Source of the DNA: Sulfolobus acidocaldarius DSM 639
GTDB lineage: Archaea; Thermoproteota; Thermoprotei_A; Sulfolobales; Sulfolobaceae
Direction: 5' to 3'
DNA: 32,000 bases
NCBI RefSeq assembly: GCF_000012285.1
Contig: NC_007181.1
Location: forward strand, 1,200,001 to 1,232,000
Shown here: positions 25,387 through 32,000 of the stretch, piece by piece
Layout of the letters: every line of letters begins with the position of its first letter
How positions within the stretch are numbered: position 1 is the stretch's first letter
Program-made: the position numbers and the translations under genes
Notes under the pieces: generated by a model
The model's database searches: none
Told to the model about the DNA's origin: nothing
Seen by the model: the letters and a program-made list of their open reading frames with translations, nothing else

Positions 25387-27545
25387 TTACATTCTAACTA
25401 GTATCCTAGGTAGCTCATTAATCTGTACCTCTTTTTTAATTTCTTCTCCTGTCAATACATCTGTGTAAATTGCTCCCTCTTCAAGTTTCAGTTTGTAATT
25501 AACACTTCCCTTGGTTTTTATTATTACCAAAATTTTGTTAAACCTAATAAACCCACATAGTCCTTCTTCTAGATCTAATCCCTTATACTCGCCCTTTAAA
25601 AAATCCTCAGCCAACTGTTTTCTTAGGGATAAAAGCTTATATGTTAAATACATCTTAATTCTTCCATCGTCCATAGACTCTAACATATTTTTTTCAAATT
25701 TTTTTGGATTTTTCTAATATTTCGTGTAATTTCTTAAAATCCACTGGGACTCTGTTATCTGGATCTGTAAGTAAATATCGCCATATTTCTGTTCCCTGAT
25801 AAAAATCAGGTATACCGGCTGACATAATTTTTAATGCGACCAAGGATAAGCTCTTAATCATCCCTATCCTTCTTATCTTACTTTCAAATTTCATGAAACT
25901 TTTAATGAAATCCTTATTGGTAAAAGTTTCTTCCACTAATTCCATTACTCTATTTTCATATTCTTTATTTGATTTCTCCATGAGGTATTTATCTTAGCTT
26001 CTCTGACACTTTTTATCATATGTTGCTTTATTCTCTCCTTAAAATCATTAGAGAATCCCTCATAAAAACTTCCCACTAAAACCTGATAATATCTATATTC
26101 ATCATTTCTTGATACCTTTGGATTTATGATACTATGCCATTCCTCGACCTTATTTTTCCATTCTTCAGGAAATTCACTTAATACACTTATTTTCATCCTT
26201 ACATCTTCACTAAACTTAGTATCATGTGTGCTAGTGGCATTTAGTGTGATTTTTCCTCTTCGTTTTTGATTAAATACATGAAACTGATCAGGCGATATCT
26301 TATAATATCGTAAATCGCTTCCAACCTCATTTATGGATATTAATCTATTGTATCTAAAGAGGAAAGTATCTTCATAAGCTTTAGCGTATACTGCTGGCAT
26401 ATATTGTTGTAATTTAGTATAAGCCTCTGGATTTCTTTTGGTTGCTTCCTCTATCTCATTGGTCTTATCACACTCTTTTACAATCTGATTAGCATAAGTT
26501 CTGTACACATCTATACAAGAAAGGTAATCTCTCAATATATCGTAGCTAATTCCTAGTTGTGATGCTAATCTTTTAACTTCATAACTAAATAGCTCATCAA
26601 TTATTTGCGCTTTTATTTTCTTTATACTTTCACTTATAGATATTTTCTCCGCTGTGAAATTCTCATATATACTGTCCATTATCTCTTGATTAAAATTAAA
26701 CAGTAAGTTGGAGTAATTTAAGAAGTCATATCCTGTAGTTCCATCTGAATTTAATTTTAATTCCTCCTGAAATCCCAGAATTTTTTCTACAATAATTATT
26801 TTATTTTTAATTATTGACCTCAGGTCATTAATATATTTCTCAGGATCATATAATCCATCAATATGATCAATTCTATAGCCATCAACATCTAAATCTAAGA
26901 TCTTTGAATGGGACTCTTGAAATACGTGATCTTTTTCGACATTTACTCCTATTAAAGTATTAACATCGAAGAATCGTCTATAGCTAGGAGGATTTTTCCA
27001 AGACATTAGGGTATAATTCTGTTTTTGTAAAGTGTCGTATATATCATTTCCAACCTCTGTTAGAGGAAGTTTCCATTTGAAATATTCTAGGAAATATTCA
27101 TCTCCATCTTTTACTATCTTTAATAAACCTTTACTTATCACTGTATCTAAATCTTCTCCTAATATGGGTAATCGTATCTTATCATCTTCTGGGAAAAAGT
27201 CAAAGTACGTATAATATTTACTCTTTTTACCCATTTTTAATACATCCATTAGTCGCCAATTTAGAGAATTTACAGCCATGTGATTTGGTACTATGTCCTG
27301 TATAATACCTAATCCAATAGTATGAGCTGTCTCTATTAATCTCCTGTATTCTTTCTCTCCTCCAAGTTCATCGTTTATCCTTGAATGATCTATTACATCG
27401 TACCCATGGTTACTTCCTGGCGAAGCCATTAAGACAGGAGAGAGGTAGAGATGGGAAACTCCTAAATCCTTAAAATACCATAGGTTATCGATTACGTCAC
27501 CAAAATTAAAATTCTTATTTAACTGTAATCTGTAGGTTGCTGATA

Positions 27546-27549
<4 letters not shown>
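25387..27549 (-). pseudogene. treY: Maltooligosyl-trehalose synthase TreY, interrupted by two single-nucleotide frameshifts (three ORF fragments)
   Basis: The fragments are 25945-27549 (534 aa; GH13 motifs DIVPNHMA and DGYRIDHIDGL), 25694-25981 (95 aa) and 25387-25686 (99 aa). They are colinear pieces of one TreY-like protein. Correcting 1 nt near 25967-25971 and 1 nt in the T7 run at 25699-25705 gives one continuous ORF of about 720 aa. Confidence 0.85.
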
Positions 27550-29683
<2,134 letters not shown>

Positions 29684-29687
<4 letters not shown>

Positions 29688-31354
29688 TCTAATTGATATA
29701 CCCCAACACCTCTGTTAACCTTAATTAATTCATCTTTTTTCAATTTTTTCGGAAATCCTATGCCTATAAGTAAATTACCTGTAATTTTAGAATTAATTAC
29801 AATATCATCAAACGATGCAATTATTCCTATTTTTTCCATGATCAAAGTAATACAGTTCCCTTCTCTCCTAACTTCCTTTACCCTTTTACAATTATTATAT
29901 CTCTTTCTGATATTTATCAGTTGTTTATAATAATCTAAAACTTCCTCATCAATTTTCCATGAAAGTTTACTCTTTAAGAACGCTTCCTCAGATTGTGGAT
30001 CTATCATTTGATTATTTTCCTTTAGTCTACCTTCTCTAACACCCTTAATTAATACGGGATCTGAGAAATCAGAGAAGAAGAAAAAAGGATTCGTCTCATA
30101 ATATTCCTCGCCCATAAATATTAGCGGTATATACGGTGAGAGTATATATAGTGTGGCTGCCATAAGGTATGTCGTTTTATCGGTTAATATGGAAAGTCTT
30201 TCCCCATTTCCTCTATTTCCTACTTGATCGTGATTTTGTATGAAGACTACAAATTTACGTGGTGGAAGATCACCTACAGGAGCACCATGAGTTCTTCCTC
30301 TGTATCTAGAATACTTTCCATCATAAACAAAAACATCTTTAAAAGTTTTCTCTATATCTTCTATCCTTCCAAAATCCTGGTAATAATAATCTTTTTCTTT
30401 TGTTATGAATGCATGAACTGCGTGGTGGAAATCGTCAACCCATTGAGCATCTATTTTATATCCACAATCATCTTTTACTATTTTTGGATCATTTAAATCA
30501 CTTTCAGCAATAACAAATTTTCCTAATTGATGGGCTTTTTCAGCTATCTCTTGGAGGATATGCTTAGGCGAATTATCAAAAATTGCATGAACTGCATCCA
30601 GTCTCAGACCATCGATTTTAAAGGTCTTAAACCAATACTCGACATTTTCTAAAATGAATTTTCTAACTTGATCACATCCCCTATCATCAAAATTAAATGT
30701 TAATCCCCATGGAGTTTTATATCTGTCTGAAAAATAAGGACCTAATCCTAAAAGGTAATTTCCCTCAGGACCTATATGATTATATACAACATCCAAAATT
30801 ACGGCTATTCCCCTTTTATGTGCCTCGTTTACTAGCTTAGCCAATTCCCATGGTCCGCCATAAGTATTTTGAACTGCGTATAGAAAAACACCATCGTATC
30901 CCCAATCTCTATTCCCTGGAAATTGTGCCACAGGCATCAGTTCAATTCCTGTGATTCCTAGATCCTTGAGGTAATCTAACTTTTCTATTACTCCTTTGAA
31001 ATTTCCTTCTTGGGAAAAAGTACCAACGTGGAGTTCATATATTATTAGATCTTCTATTTTTACTTTTCCAAGGTCAAGAATCTGATAATCTGTTCTTATA
31101 AGTTGTGATTTGTCATGAACTCCTAAAGGTTGATATCGTGATGCGGGATCAGGTATCTCTCTCTTATCTTCTATAATATAAGAATAGGTTAAATTTTCCT
31201 CGATATCGTCTATTTCTACTTCGAAAAATCCCTCATCGTTTTTTTCCATTGGAATAAGTTTTTTGCTTAACTTCAGCTTAACACTATTAACATAAGGTGC
31301 CCATAACTTAAAGATACCTTTATTTTTTTCAATATTTCCACCGAACGAAAACAT
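29684..31354 (-). CDS. treZ: Maltooligosyl-trehalose trehalohydrolase
   Basis: 556 aa with GH13 motifs LDVVYNHIGPEGN, DGLRLDAVH, IAESDLND and FIQNHDQVGNR. First gene of the treZ-treX-treY unit. Confidence 0.9.
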
Positions 31355-31378
31355 GCTGTTTAAATAGAAATTATGTCT

Positions 31379-31391
31379 TAATATATTTAAA
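31379..31391 (-). promoter_or_regulatory. AT-rich TATA-like block upstream of treZ
   Basis: The minus strand reads TTTAAATATATTA, 25-37 nt upstream of the treZ ATG at 31354. Confidence 0.35.
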
Positions 31392-31711
31392 TGTTTTCGA
31401 GTGAAAATACTTATCAGAACTGATTAAATTCTTATTATTGTTGAGTTATTAGAGTATTTAGTATATAAGTTAAAACCATCATTTGTTCTATGAGTGGGAC
31501 TTATCTAATAGAAATACAAAATAATAAAATCATATGGTAATATAAGAATAAGGTAAGTCTATGGATGATATTATGTTTACTTTATCAAGAAGAGTCAAGG
31601 TGGTAAGACGAAGGAGACTTACGTTGGTGCTTTAGTTGACCTAGTAAAGACTTACCTGAAATTGTAAGATAGAAGTGGGGTATTAGGGTGTATCCCCCTA
31701 ACCTTTCAAAG

Positions 31712-32000
31712 GTAGCCGGGCAGGGACTCGAACCCTGGTCCCAGGGGCCAAAGCCCTGGTTAGGGGAGGAATCCCCTAAAACCCCTCTTTCAAATGATGA
31801 AGAGAGTAAGGGATTTGCCCTAAACTCCCTTACTTCTAGGGAGGGCAAAAATGGTCTCACGGAAAAGGAATTAATTGAATTTTATGAATATTGTTTGAAA
31901 ATGGCCAGTGAGGAAACTTGCAGGCAGTATATCAATTATCTGAAGAAGCCCCCTAGTAATGCTAAGAACTCTATCCTAGCCTGGAAGAAGTTCTACAAGT
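31712..32000 (+). CDS. SSV-type (partitioned) integrase, C-terminal portion; lacks a start codon and runs off the window
   Basis: The frame is open from 31673 to the window end and reads through the tRNA fragment (VAGQGLEPWSQGP...). This is what SSV-type int genes do across attP. ELIEFYEYCLKMASEETCRQYINYLKKP matches, by eye, the SSV1 integrase segment [27 protein letters not shown] as I recall it. Confidence 0.7.
31713..31758 (-). tRNA. 3' fragment of a tRNA-Gln(UUG) gene (anticodon arm to discriminator), probable att site
   Basis: The minus strand reads CAGGG-CTTTGGC-CCCTG (5-bp stem, 7-nt loop, anticodon TTG), then GGAC, then CAGGG-TTCGAGT-CCCTG (T arm), then CCCGGCT-A. The 26 nt upstream cannot form a matching acceptor 5' strand or D arm, so only the 3' portion is present. 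Confidence 0.6.
31713..32000 (+). mobile_element. Left border of an integrated SSV/plasmid-like element (att plus the C-terminal integrase fragment); the body lies beyond the window
   Basis: A partial tRNA copy is combined with an integrase fragment that reads into the element. There is a local jump in GC content at 31680-31860 relative to the AT-rich flank. Confidence 0.6.

Noticed and set aside
31561-31635. 24-codon basic mini-ORF (MDDIMFTLSRRVKVVRRRRLTLVL) upstream of the att site
   Set aside because: It is too short, has no recognisable motif or promoter spacing, and does not resemble the N-terminus of SSV-type integrases.
31551-31657. Perfect 10-bp inverted repeat AGGTAAGTCT / AGACTTACCT separated by 87 nt, with a third partial copy AGACTTAC at 31615-31622, in the treZ-att intergenic region
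   Set aside because: A 10-bp inverted repeat with a spacer under 100 nt is expected by chance a few times in 32 kb of AT-rich DNA. No further structure or conservation is assessable here.
31585-31860. 91-aa minus-strand ORF from the ORF track
   Set aside because: It is antisense to the integrase-fragment frame and runs through the tRNA fragment. Its Pro/Ser/Gly-rich translation is a by-product of the GC-rich tRNA/att sequence.

Overview
This is an AT-rich, very gene-dense archaeal chromosome segment. Gene content, leaderless-type promoter spacing and the protein sequences look like Sulfolobales. My best guess from memory is Sulfolobus acidocaldarius or a close relative; this is inference and was not verified by any search. 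Most of the window is core metabolism. Left to right it holds: argF; a minus-strand unit thrC / aspartate kinase / asd / PHP phosphoesterase / Nre-family protein; a UbiD-family decarboxylase; an ESCRT-III (CdvB-paralog) gene with a small divergent ORF; PEP synthase; a multi-CxxC zinc protein; myo-inositol-1-phosphate synthase; acylphosphatase; a complete trp operon (trpB2-A-D-F-E-G-C) followed by an aminotransferase; valyl-tRNA synthetase; a geranylgeranyl-reductase-like flavoprotein; four small ORFs of unknown function; and the trehalose operon treZ-treX-treY. The right edge holds a 3' fragment of a tRNA-Gln gene that is read through by the C-terminal part of an SSV-type integrase, which marks the border of an integrated element continuing beyond the window. 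I found no rRNA, no complete tRNA, no CRISPR array and no recognisable defence or toxin-antitoxin genes. I cannot point to a convincing novel multi-gene system. The best leads are: (1) treY is broken into three ORFs by two single-base homopolymer indels of opposite sign, yet reassembles into a full-length enzyme; (2) the integrated-element border; (3) the Nre protein with a terminal PIP box, overlapped by a PHP gene inside a threonine operon; (4) a palindromic TATA box shared by two divergent genes; (5) the uncharacterised small-ORF cluster at 24.0-25.3 kb; and (6) a weak C/D-box sRNA candidate. All homology calls rest on motif recognition by eye, not on database searches.
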